IMG/VR virus record: IMGVR_UViG_3300051213_000013 | Coordinates: 1 to 35,328 of that record | Source of the DNA: a virus | Taxonomy: Duplodnaviria; Caudoviricetes | Length of the DNA stretch: 35,328 nucleotides | Reading direction: 5' to 3' (one strand) | Part shown: piece by piece, positions 9,306 through 18,491 of the stretch | How the letters are laid out: each line of letters opens with the position of its first letter | How positions within the stretch are numbered: the first letter of the stretch is position 1 | Position numbers and translations under genes: made by a program | The notes under the pieces: generated by a model | The model's database searches: none | The model's input: the letters and a program-made list of their open reading frames with translations, nothing else | What the model was told of the DNA's origin: nothing

Positions 9306-9943
9306 TGGCAACACAAACGTACATGGATGGTAGAAAGAAATACTCACGTCCTCACGCCATGATGTGGTCAAAACAACCTCCACTAATTATAAATGGCAAG
9401 TATGTTCCATACGGTCTTGAGGTGAATGACTATGTAGACACACAGACTGACCTACAATTGAGAGATCAGTTTTTGATTCTTTCTGATGATAATAGACAGC
9501 CCCTAGCTTTTAAAACAGACAGAATCCAGACACGTAAGCGTATGGTTAATGGCCAGATGAGGTCATACCACATTGCTGACAAGATAAATCTATCTACATC
9601 ATGGGATTTACTTCCATCACGTGGATTTGCTACATACCCTAATTTTGATTCTGCAACGGGAGAGCCAAACCAAGCATTAGTAGCTTCTCAAATTATCACT
9701 AGCGATGGTGGTGCAGGCGGTGTTGAAATACTTAATTGGTATGAGAATAATCCTGGGTCATTCTGGGTATACCTATCCTATGACAAGTATAATGAATTTG
9801 CTAAGGACCAGTTTAGATTTGAAAGACTTGGAGAATATCCACAGGCCATAGAAATGTATATTTCATCATTTGATTACGATGTCATAAAGCGTGGCGGTAG
9901 TCATGATCTTTGGAATATATCGGTTTCTCTAGAAGAGGTATAA
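9305..9943 (+). CDS. Distal tail (Dit-like)/minor tail protein
   Basis: First gene after the tape measure gene, with a TAATG overlap. Its size and C-terminal WNISVSLEEV fit Dit-like proteins. Confidence 0.6.
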   Translation: MATQTYMDGRKKYSRPHAMMWSKQPPLIINGKYVPYGLEVNDYVDTQTDLQLRDQFLILSDDNRQPLAFKTDRIQTRKRMVNGQMRSYHIADKINLSTSWDLLPSRGFATYPNFDSATGEPNQALVASQIITSDGGAGGVEILNWYENNPGSFWVYLSYDKYNEFAKDQFRFERLGEYPQAIEMYISSFDYDVIKRGGSHDLWNISVSLEEV

Positions 9944-12900
9944 TGTTTGGTAATAAGAATCTTCTTGCTCATATAGAACAGTCGTCTACTATAGCTGTAT
10001 CATCAGCCATCTTCGCTGAGTGGAATATGAATATACCTCAAAACTTTGCTAAGATTGGTAACTATAGGTATAGACCAACCTCATCATCAATCTATAGCAC
10101 AATAGTTTCGTCTTATGACAAATATGATTCTGGTAATTTTTATACTGGTGCAACAGATGCTGATATAGTTATCGATGGTGGCGTTGACCAGAATGATCAA
10201 CCACTAGCATTCACACAGCCAAAGGATCAAGTAAAGCTTTTGTTTTCTTTGGAAGACTGTTTTGGAAAGTTTAGGCCAAGATCTGGAATCAATAAAGCTA
10301 AGTATTTTTCAGACAGATACTTCCACTATAGCGACAAGGATATGGCAAAGCGTCCAAGGTACTATATTGCAACAAAGAATGATTCGTTTAAGTATTGGAC
10401 ATCTGATAGAACTGAGGATGGAACTAGAGGAATTTCGTACCCAGTAAAGTCTGGATCCAATACGTCTTATTTTATTGACGATGCAGCACCATTTATTGTG
10501 TACTCTGAGAGTGTACCAGCAAACAGAATTGTTGTAAAGATGCAGACTCACATAGGCTCAATTAATAAGGGGCCTTTTGTGTCTCCTTCTGGAACAACAC
10601 TAGCAGATCCATTTTATGGACAGGAAAATAGCAAGACACCAAATAAGTGGAGAATCCAGTATCTAGACGAGAACGATACTTGGGTTGATGCAGTATCTTT
10701 TTTGCCTACTGATACAAGAGCTAATGGGTCGCCAATCATTGGCTCTGATGGCTACGTAGAAGTCTACTATGGAGCAATAATCCCAACAGAGTACTCATCA
10801 ATATTCAACTATAAGAGAGCTTTCGGATCTGAGCAGATGCTTCCGATAAATCCAGGGGTAGGCTCTGCATATCTAGTCAAGACATCATCATCAGAAGCTG
10901 GAACATTCTATGTATATACTTCAACTGGATATAAGTCGTTTGCAGCTAGATATGGTTGGTCACTATCTGATACAGAGGTTCTAGATTTTAGAAATACAAT
11001 TGACATAACTGAGCCTGCTGACTACTTTGTTGATCAGCTATCTGGTAAAAAGAATTATTCAAAGTACCAGCATATTCGTGGTATACGTGTTGTGATTGAT
11101 CAGATGAATACACCAAATACTTCTTTTGATCTAATTGAAATGTCACCAAGATTAGTATTAGACTTTACTGCAATGACAGCATCGCTTAATGTTACAAAAA
11201 GCATGTCTGATTTGGGAAATGCTGGTATGCCAGTTGGACAGCTTTTGGCATCAGTCGGTAGCATCAATCTTTTTGACTATAATGAAGTATTTAATGAGAA
11301 TAATAAAAATAGTGTAATAGCTAAGTACCTTGATCAGATTATTAAGTTTATGATTTATGAAAACATTACAGATAATGATGGCAACAAGTATCTTGTTCCA
11401 ATCAAAACTTTGTATTCTGCAAATAGACCATCTCTATCAGCAGCAACTAGAGAACTATCTATAGAGCTAAGAGACCTAACATTTTGGCTAGAACAGTCGA
11501 TGGCACCAGAACTATTTATGGTAGACGTTTCTATGAGCGTAGCTGTCTCCACTTTGCTTGACTCTATTGGTTTTTCTAACTACAAATTCTTAAGAATGGC
11601 AGATGAAAAGGATCTTATCATCCCATACTTCTATACTAGTAGCGAACAGTCTGTCATGCAAGTATTGCAGGATATAGCAGTATCTGCTCAGGCTGCGATG
11701 TTCTTTGATGAAGAAAACAACCTTATCGTTATGTCGAAGGGGTACATGCTCCCAGAGTCAACACTGCCAAGAGAAACAGATATGATTCTTAGTGGAGAAA
11801 ATACTGATGTTATAGATGCAAACATTCAAGACATATCTATGCAAGAAACTAAGGTGTTCAATAGTGGAACAATAAACTTTCAGGAAAAATATATTCAAAG
11901 ATCATATGGCTCAATTAAGCAGTCATCGATGATTGATAGAAATAAGACATGGATATATAAGCCAGCATTGTTATGGGAGGCATCTGGTTCCTTGAACACT
12001 AAGTCTCAAAATGGACAGCTAACTAGCCAGTCAGCATATTCTCTAGCTGCCATACCACTGAATTCCAAGATACCTGCAACTGTGCCAACAGTTTCTAATG
12101 GTGTCATATTAAACAATATCATGGACTTTGGTGAGGGCGTTTACTTTATAACAAGATACAATGGATACTTTTTTGCTAATGGAGAAATCATAAGATTTGA
12201 CGCTGTAGAGTATAGCATTTCTGGACAGGCAGCACCAGTTTGGATTCAGAGTACACAGGAATACTCAAATTACTTCCAGTCTGTAAAGTTTGGTGGAACA
12301 ATGTTTCCAACTGGAAGAGTAAGAATATACTGTGAGCCAAAGTATGAAATAGTTAATGGCGTAACTAGATTTAAAGATGGTGCTGTAAATAAGCATGGTC
12401 GTGGTCAATTTGGAACCCCAATAGTAGAGCACGAGGCAGGGTTATCTTCTCTGTGGACAAATTCAGATGGATCAAATCCAACTCGTGGATGTAAGATGTC
12501 GTTTTCAGATTTACTATCTTTTGATGAAAAAACTGCACAAGAAAAAAGCAAGTCGTTGACAGTCTCTGCTGCAGGTTTAGCTAATTCTACAGTTGCCAAT
12601 GCTAGCAGAAGTGGAATAATCAGAAACTCACTTAGTGGTAACTACAAGACTGATGCACAAATTAATCAGCTAAAAATTACAGAAGTTGGAACTGTTCAGT
12701 CTTCAGCACTAGTGTTTGATGGTCCAACATTCACAACCGATGTAAAGGCAGTAGACCACATAAGCTATGCACCAAAACAACTTGGTCGTCCATACTCTCA
12801 CTTTGGAACTAGACTAAGAATTATTGGTAGGTCTGAAAATGGAACAAATAAGGTTCAAACACCAACAGGTTCTATGGGATACTACCAGGATGGAAAGATT

Positions 12901-14202
12901 GGTGGAGCTTCTGGTGGTCTAGCAGTATTGCTAAACTCAGCCACAAATAACGGATATTACTTTGAGGTAATGGCACTGACTGGTGAAAATGCTTCTGGCG
13001 AAGAAGATATTGTCCTTAACAATGTTGTTTTTTACAAAATTAAGTCAGACTCTAGTGGTAATGCTGTTCCAGTTCGACTATGGTCTGGAATCGCAAATAT
13101 CATAGTAGACTCTGGAAATTTTGCTGGGCAGTCAAGAATGAATACTCAGGATAACCCAACAGTTTATGACCTATCTGTAGAGTATGAGGAAGTTGACAAA
13201 CGTTCAACTAGAAGATTCTATCTATACATTAATAACAAGTGTGTAGCCATTGTTGATGACACAGACCCACTTCCAGCATACCAGGGAATTGCTCCATTTA
13301 TTAGGGGCACATCAAGAGTAATGTTTGAAAACATTTACGCTCTTTCTAAGAAGTATTCTGTAGATGCTACTGGCAGCCTATCTACACCAATAAATTCTGT
13401 ATTTGGAGATAGCTCAGTTGACGTGTCAGAGGCAACAAGAAAGTACGCACTGAGTGGTGCTGTACAGAAGACATATCTGTCTGATATAAATGGTCAGCAG
13501 GGTCCAGGCTACGACATGTATTTTGAAGAGTTTGGTACAATTATGAGAGAGGCAGCATACTTTAATATTAAGTTTGACAAGGCCTATCCAGCACTAAGTG
13601 CAAAGATTTCTCCAACCTTTAACAAGGTTAAGGGGTATACAGTTTCTGGGTTTATGCCAAATGCATATGGTGCAGAATTCCTTGTGTTTAATCATACAGA
13701 TACTGTAATTAGCCTTGATGAAACAACAGGAAATTATTTAAGAATTCAGGGCGTAACCTTTACGCAGAACTCAGACAGGAAGTTAACGCTTGATGATTAC
13801 TACAAGCACAACAGTGACTTGTCTAATGTTGACTATGTAATTACAGCTACAAACTCACCTTTTAAAGCAGAAAAGGAATACTTTGACATTAGAGCAAGCC
13901 GTGCCACATATGGCACTAACGAGTTTTCAATTGATGCAAAATATATTCAGACAGAAGATGCTGCACGAGATCTTATGGGCTGGGTAATTTCAAAAACCAT
14001 CAAGCCAAGAAAGGCTATTGGTATGTCCGTCTTTGCAGGTTCAGTCCTTCAGCTAGGAGACATTGTTCAGATATTCTGGACAGATAATGATGGAACTGAT
14101 CAGCTAGTAAGTAGAGACAAAAAGTTTGTGGTCTACAGCATAGAGTACTCAGTCGAATCTACTGGACCATCATCAATTGTATATGTTAGTGAGGTAATCT
14201 AA
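9943..14202 (+). CDS. Large tail tip/baseplate hub protein (~1419 aa)
   Basis: RBS AGAGG plus a TAATG overlap favour ATG 9943 over 9910. Hub-like motifs are present (LQDIAVSAQAAMFFDEENNL; LQLGDIVQI...VYSIEYS). Confidence 0.7.
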   Translation: MFGNKNLLAHIEQSSTIAVSSAIFAEWNMNIPQNFAKIGNYRYRPTSSSIYSTIVSSYDKYDSGNFYTGATDADIVIDGGVDQNDQPLAFTQPKDQVKLLFSLEDCFGKFRPRSGINKAKYFSDRYFHYSDKDMAKRPRYYIATKNDSFKYWTSDRTEDGTRGISYPVKSGSNTSYFIDDAAPFIVYSESVPANRIVVKMQTHIGSINKGPFVSPSGTTLADPFYGQENSKTPNKWRIQYLDENDTWVDAVSFLPTDTRANGSPIIGSDGYVEVYYGAIIPTEYSSIFNYKRAFGSEQMLPINPGVGSAYLVKTSSSEAGTFYVYTSTGYKSFAARYGWSLSDTEVLDFRNTIDITEPADYFVDQLSGKKNYSKYQHIRGIRVVIDQMNTPNTSFDLIEMSPRLVLDFTAMTASLNVTKSMSDLGNAGMPVGQLLASVGSINLFDYNEVFNENNKNSVIAKYLDQIIKFMIYENITDNDGNKYLVPIKTLYSANRPSLSAATRELSIELRDLTFWLEQSMAPELFMVDVSMSVAVSTLLDSIGFSNYKFLRMADEKDLIIPYFYTSSEQSVMQVLQDIAVSAQAAMFFDEENNLIVMSKGYMLPESTLPRETDMILSGENTDVIDANIQDISMQETKVFNSGTINFQEKYIQRSYGSIKQSSMIDRNKTWIYKPALLWEASGSLNTKSQNGQLTSQSAYSLAAIPLNSKIPATVPTVSNGVILNNIMDFGEGVYFITRYNGYFFANGEIIRFDAVEYSISGQAAPVWIQSTQEYSNYFQSVKFGGTMFPTGRVRIYCEPKYEIVNGVTRFKDGAVNKHGRGQFGTPIVEHEAGLSSLWTNSDGSNPTRGCKMSFSDLLSFDEKTAQEKSKSLTVSAAGLANSTVANASRSGIIRNSLSGNYKTDAQINQLKITEVGTVQSSALVFDGPTFTTDVKAVDHISYAPKQLGRPYSHFGTRLRIIGRSENGTNKVQTPTGSMGYYQDGKIGGASGGLAVLLNSATNNGYYFEVMALTGENASGEEDIVLNNVVFYKIKSDSSGNAVPVRLWSGIANIIVDSGNFAGQSRMNTQDNPTVYDLSVEYEEVDKRSTRRFYLYINNKCVAIVDDTDPLPAYQGIAPFIRGTSRVMFENIYALSKKYSVDATGSLSTPINSVFGDSSVDVSEATRKYALSGAVQKTYLSDINGQQGPGYDMYFEEFGTIMREAAYFNIKFDKAYPALSAKISPTFNKVKGYTVSGFMPNAYGAEFLVFNHTDTVISLDETTGNYLRIQGVTFTQNSDRKLTLDDYYKHNSDLSNVDYVITATNSPFKAEKEYFDIRASRATYGTNEFSIDAKYIQTEDAARDLMGWVISKTIKPRKAIGMSVFAGSVLQLGDIVQIFWTDNDGTDQLVSRDKKFVVYSIEYSVESTGPSSIVYVSEVI

Positions 14203-15137
14203 TGGCAGGAAAAGCAAGGCAGACACCAACACCAAGTCCAAGTCCAGGCTCAAAGCCAGTTCCAGTAGCAAAAGGTCTTCCAAGTATTCCATTTTTGAAT
14301 AAGACAAAAACGACGAATACCGTTCCAAAAATGTTGCAGCCACCCAAACAACCTTCTCCAGATAGGCCAGAAAGAATAGCAAATACTGCAAAAGCAGCTG
14401 AACTTGCCAAGGCCAAGGCTGCTGATGCTGCACTTAAAAAATTGACTAGTGGGCAAAAGCTAACTGATGCAGAAAAAAAGATTTTAAATATAAAAACAAC
14501 TAAGCCTACAGACAACAAGAAGAAGCCAGACCCAAAACCCAAGCCAAAACCTAAACCAAAGCCTAAGCCAAAACCTAAGCCAAATACTTCTGGAACCACC
14601 TCAAATGCTAATCCAGATACAAATGTTGATGATGCAGGCCAGGAAGATGTTGGAGTTGGTGCTACTCCAGATGCACCAGAATCAGGCGTAACTGGAGAAA
14701 GTGAAACTCCAAAAACATATAAGCCAGCAACGCCAGATTTAATAATTCTACAAGAAGAAGCATTCCCAACAGAAGTTATGACTGATCTTCTTTTTGAAGA
14801 TATTGGCGGTACAGAAATTCTTAATCTAGCAAGACATGACCTTGTTAGTGGAATAGACATTAAGTATCAACAAATATCAAATTTGGCTAAAATAGAAACC
14901 ATATATGGTGGAGCCAACTTAATTGCATTGCAAAGTACATCCGAGCAAGTATTTAAAAAATACCCACTAAGCAGGTATACCTTTGTTCCAGAAACAACAG
15001 CTGACCCATCTGGATTTAATAGTCCAGTATATCTAGACACTGATGGCAATCTTATAGTAGAGCTTGCAAATCTAGACAATTCATATCAAATAGAGATTGA
15101 GTTCCAGTCAGCAGATACTAATGATATAATATATTGA
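14202..15137 (+). CDS. Tail-module protein with Pro/Lys/Thr-rich low-complexity N-terminus and globular C-terminus
   Basis: Coupled to the upstream gene by TAATG. Contains a (PK)n tract and an acidic linker, then an ordered domain starting at KPATPDLIILQEE. Confidence 0.6.
   Translation: MAGKARQTPTPSPSPGSKPVPVAKGLPSIPFLNKTKTTNTVPKMLQPPKQPSPDRPERIANTAKAAELAKAKAADAALKKLTSGQKLTDAEKKILNIKTTKPTDNKKKPDPKPKPKPKPKPKPKPKPNTSGTTSNANPDTNVDDAGQEDVGVGATPDAPESGVTGESETPKTYKPATPDLIILQEEAFPTEVMTDLLFEDIGGTEILNLARHDLVSGIDIKYQQISNLAKIETIYGGANLIALQSTSEQVFKKYPLSRYTFVPETTADPSGFNSPVYLDTDGNLIVELANLDNSYQIEIEFQSADTNDIIY
14523..14583 (+). repeat. (Pro-Lys)n coding repeat
   Basis: Encodes KPDPKPKPKPKPKPKPKPKP with mixed codons (cca/ccc/cct; aaa/aag). 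Confidence 0.9.
15122..15130 (+). promoter_or_regulatory. Extended -10 promoter TGATATAAT
   Basis: Lies in the last codons of the upstream gene, followed by RBS GAGGT and ATG 15148. Confidence 0.6.
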
Positions 15138-15147
15138 GGTAAAAACC

Positions 15148-16524
15148 ATGATAACCAATAAAGGCCAGCAGCTAATTACAAAGTATATGATAGGACAGGC
15201 AGCGTCATATGCTTCTCACATTGCCGTTGGCTGTGGTCCCATGCCATACACTAGTCAGTCATCTGTGTCTCAGGCTGAAATAGCAGAACAAAGACTAAAG
15301 CAATCTTTAGATTTTGAGATGTTTCGTGTACCAATAACCTCAAGAGGATATGTCACAGAAGAGTCAGGGTCAGCCTCTATTACTGGGGTTTCAATTGCAG
15401 ACGGTATTGTGACATACACCACATCAACTAATAATTTTGTGACTGGAGATCGTGTCACAATATCCAGTGTAAATCCATCACAATTTAATATCTCTGATGC
15501 GATTATTATTGATTCTTCGCCAACAAGCTTTTCAATTAAAAACTCTGTTACTGGTACTTACATTTCTGGGGGCACAGCAAAGACATACTATACTGACATT
15601 GTACTAACTGCAGAACTGCCAACAGAAGAAAGATATGAGATTACTGAGGTTGGAGTATTCTCAGCACAGTCAAATCCAGATGCAGGCTCATATGACAGTA
15701 GAACTATTTACTCATTTTCTCAGAATGAGAACTGGCAATACCATGGCACTAGCATTGAGCCAATCCCAGTAATCTATACACCACTTGATCCAAATCAGGC
15801 AAACGTTCTTGAGGGCACATACTTTGTTAATGGCGTGAGCAAGGACTGTAAGGTTTTGCATACAAACGCAGACAATACCTTATTTGCAAATGAAAATAGA
15901 ATTAGAAGATATGAGACTTGCAGATACCTAAATAACATCATTGCAATTCGTGGAAATACTACAAATCTTTCATATAATTCTACAACAGGCAGGGTAGTCT
16001 ATAACTCTGGCGATCATATTCACCTAAACAATGTTAAGCTAAACTTTGATAAGAATTCACCATCTGATGAGATTAGGCTTGCTTTCTCAGTAATAAACAA
16101 GCGAGGAAGCGTAGAGGAAAACCCATCAGAAGTGAACATCGTTGTTGAATTTGCTATTTCAGACTCAACTACATCTGACTCAGCCAAGCTAGAGGTTCAC
16201 TTGTCTTCTGCAGATGTTAACTTTTCTAATAACAGATACTTTGTGGTTTCAAAGAAAATTAGTGATCTTGTAACAACGCAAAACTTTTCTTGGAGCCAGG
16301 TAACGAATATTAAGGTTTTTGCATCAGCAAAAGATGTAGACTCCAACGTAACTGATCTATTCTATATTTGTCTAGATGCCTTGAGACTTGAAAATACTCA
16401 GACAATCAATCCACTGTATGGTCTTTCTGGATACTCTGTAATTAAAACAGATGGGGGAACAACAGTGAAAAAGCTTGAGAACACTACAAACTATATAGAG
16501 TTTAGGTTTGGCATAGATATATAA
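15148..16524 (+). CDS. Baseplate/tail-fibre attachment-type structural protein
   Basis: N-terminal MITNKGQQLITKY...HIAVG...EITEVGVF resembles tail collar/fibre N-terminal domains. Located in the tail module. Confidence 0.6.
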   Translation: MITNKGQQLITKYMIGQAASYASHIAVGCGPMPYTSQSSVSQAEIAEQRLKQSLDFEMFRVPITSRGYVTEESGSASITGVSIADGIVTYTTSTNNFVTGDRVTISSVNPSQFNISDAIIIDSSPTSFSIKNSVTGTYISGGTAKTYYTDIVLTAELPTEERYEITEVGVFSAQSNPDAGSYDSRTIYSFSQNENWQYHGTSIEPIPVIYTPLDPNQANVLEGTYFVNGVSKDCKVLHTNADNTLFANENRIRRYETCRYLNNIIAIRGNTTNLSYNSTTGRVVYNSGDHIHLNNVKLNFDKNSPSDEIRLAFSVINKRGSVEENPSEVNIVVEFAISDSTTSDSAKLEVHLSSADVNFSNNRYFVVSKKISDLVTTQNFSWSQVTNIKVFASAKDVDSNVTDLFYICLDALRLENTQTINPLYGLSGYSVIKTDGGTTVKKLENTTNYIEFRFGIDI

Positions 16525-16934
16525 TGGCAAACAGAAAAAATAAGGTAGAGAAGCAGTCTCTTCCACTAGTTAACTCTGAGAATAAGTATCTAGTTAGATA
16601 TAGAGTTGTCCTGGATAAAACAAAACCATCAGATTGGTCAAACATTTACTCTATTCCAGCAAAAGCTGTAGCTCTTGTTAATGGAGTCGTAAGACTAAAT
16701 GGCGGTGTAATTGACGTTATTTGGGAAAACTCTAACAACCTTACCCAATATGATGTATTTGTTAAGTACCAGGAATCTGCTACGTATCAACACCATGGAA
16801 GAACTACTGCTCACAATTATTCGATAATCCCTCAATCTGGCAGCACGATAGCGTATGTCTTGGTTCAGGCAGCATCAACACAAAAGAAACCATCTGCAGT
16901 CCTCAAGGTTTTTGAGGGTAATGTCAGTCTGTAG
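16524..16934 (+). CDS. Minor tail protein with FN3/Ig-like beta-sandwich features
   Basis: Patterns YLVRYRVV...SDWS and VIW...YDVFVKY; position in the tail module. Confidence 0.5.
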   Translation: MANRKNKVEKQSLPLVNSENKYLVRYRVVLDKTKPSDWSNIYSIPAKAVALVNGVVRLNGGVIDVIWENSNNLTQYDVFVKYQESATYQHHGRTTAHNYSIIPQSGSTIAYVLVQAASTQKKPSAVLKVFEGNVSL

Positions 16935-16943
16935 TGGTATAAT
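16935..16943 (+). promoter_or_regulatory. Extended -10 promoter TGGTATAAT
   Basis: Immediately after the stop of the 16524 gene, followed by RBS AGGAG and ATG 16959. Confidence 0.65.
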
Positions 16944-16958
16944 AGTTTAGGAGATATT

Positions 16959-17405
16959 ATGGCAAACATTGTTAGAACACCAAGTGCAGGTCAGCCAATT
17001 GATGCTACCTATTTACTAGAATTGGCTAATGCCATTAACACTTTGGCAAGCAATATTTCAACATCCCCAACAATGAATCTTACAAGCATCAACACGCCAT
17101 CAGCTGGAGTCCAAACCGTGAAAACGTCAGAGGCTGCTTTTATTGGGGGCTACGTTGAGGTGTCTAGTGGAAACGTTGCAGCAGGAACTGCTGTCAAGTG
17201 GGACTACTCATTCCCATCATACTTTAAGTATCCTCCAGTTGTAACTGCAACACCAATCAGCGTCTCTGGTGCAGATGCAGGAACAGGTGTTAGCGTCATG
17301 ATCAAGTCTGTTGGTCAGAACCTTGTTAGCGGAACTGTCACATTTTCTGGCAGTGGAAACCTAACTGTTGGACTCAATCTAATTATTATCGGCATACCGA
17401 ACTAG
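16959..17405 (+). CDS. Short tail fibre/receptor-binding-type protein (H-type lectin/gp53-like C-terminus)
   Basis: Short helical N-terminus, then the beta-rich pattern FPSYFKYPPVVTAT...LNLIIIG typical of fibre tip domains. Confidence 0.55.
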   Translation: MANIVRTPSAGQPIDATYLLELANAINTLASNISTSPTMNLTSINTPSAGVQTVKTSEAAFIGGYVEVSSGNVAAGTAVKWDYSFPSYFKYPPVVTATPISVSGADAGTGVSVMIKSVGQNLVSGTVTFSGSGNLTVGLNLIIIGIPN

Positions 17406-17413
17406 AATATAAA

Positions 17414-17965
17414 ATGACAAAGAAACAGCATCGCCTTGGGGCAATGTCTCGTGAAGAGTACAACAATGCACCCATTATACCTGGAAGCAAAAAGGTCTAC
17501 TTTTTGAATGGTGACTTGGTTAGAGTCCATCATCTAAATAGATCTAATGGCATAATGTCTGTTTATAACATTACACAGGATAGAATTGAAAGCTGTCTTA
17601 TTAGTGATTTTAAGAAAAATCGTGAACGTGCATTTACTGTTGGTGAGACTGCTAGTTTAGTTAATCGTCATAAGAAGTATATGCCATCATTAGTAAGACG
17701 TGGAGTTGTTCCACCTGCTACTGGCTCTCAGAAGGGCGGAGCAACTGGCTGGCAGGTAAGGAGTTACTACTCTGAGTCGCAAGTTTTTGAACTTCGTGAT
17801 ATACTAGCTTCATACCACATTGGTGGTCCACGAAAAGATAAGTTAATAACGAATAATATTACCCCAACACGCCAGGAGTTGACAAGGCGTATGGGAGATG
17901 GTATACTTACATATACCAAAACAGAAGATGGCAGATTCATTCCAGTGTGGTCTGAATCTATATAG
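17414..17965 (+). CDS. DNA-binding protein with MerR-like winged HTH
   Basis: FTVGETASLVNRHKKYMPSLVRRGVVP...RSYYSESQVFELRDIL. The start codon is uncertain (17414 or 17444). Confidence 0.6.
   Translation: MTKKQHRLGAMSREEYNNAPIIPGSKKVYFLNGDLVRVHHLNRSNGIMSVYNITQDRIESCLISDFKKNRERAFTVGETASLVNRHKKYMPSLVRRGVVPPATGSQKGGATGWQVRSYYSESQVFELRDILASYHIGGPRKDKLITNNITPTRQELTRRMGDGILTYTKTEDGRFIPVWSESI
17879..17907 (+). promoter_or_regulatory. Near-consensus primary-sigma promoter driving the replication genes
   Basis: TTGACA (17879-84), 17 nt spacer, TATACT (17902-07), with TG extension. Confidence 0.75.
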
Positions 17966-17979
17966 TAAGGAAAACGGGT

Positions 17980-18183
17980 ATGGAAAACGAAAACACTAAA
18001 GTTGGTGTAACTCTTGGTTACACTCTAAATCTAGGCAACTTCCAGTCACTAAGGATTGACCTAAACGTAATTGATAATAAGCGTGAGAGCGAAAGCATCA
18101 ATGAGGCATTTGATCGTGTCTACTCTTTTGTAGAGACCAAGCTTGCCGAAAAGATTACAGAAGCTAAGTCAGAAGTAGAATAA
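17980..18183 (+). CDS. Small hypothetical protein
   Basis: RBS AAGGA; motif GYTLNLGNFQSLRID; coupled to the next gene. Confidence 0.7.
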   Translation: MENENTKVGVTLGYTLNLGNFQSLRIDLNVIDNKRESESINEAFDRVYSFVETKLAEKITEAKSEVE

Positions 18184-18491
18184 TGGCAGAACGCAAAGAC
18201 CGTATGGCTTTGCTTAGTCGCTACTCAAAGCTTTACACTCAAAGATACGAGCACAAGCCACAGATCAACATCAACGTTGAGCAATGGGCTGCAGACGCTT
18301 TAATTGAATCATATGGCATATCAGAATGCTATGATCTTCTGGCACACTATTTTGATGTTGCACAGAATCCAAGTTGGAAATACTTTGCCAACTACGCACA
18401 AGATATAATTGATAAAAAAGAACAACTACAAGAAGATATTAAAGAAAGGGCAAAGAGAAGAGAAATGGCAAAGAGGTGGCTAAGTGAGTAA
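18183..18491 (+). CDS. Putative helicase loader
   Basis: Small helical protein overlapping the start of the DnaB gene. The call is positional. Confidence 0.45.
   Translation: MAERKDRMALLSRYSKLYTQRYEHKPQININVEQWAADALIESYGISECYDLLAHYFDVAQNPSWKYFANYAQDIIDKKEQLQEDIKERAKRREMAKRWLSE

Noticed and set aside
14186-14860. 224-aa minus-strand ORF with (GLGF)n repeats
   Set aside because: It is the antisense reading of the Pro-Lys repeat.
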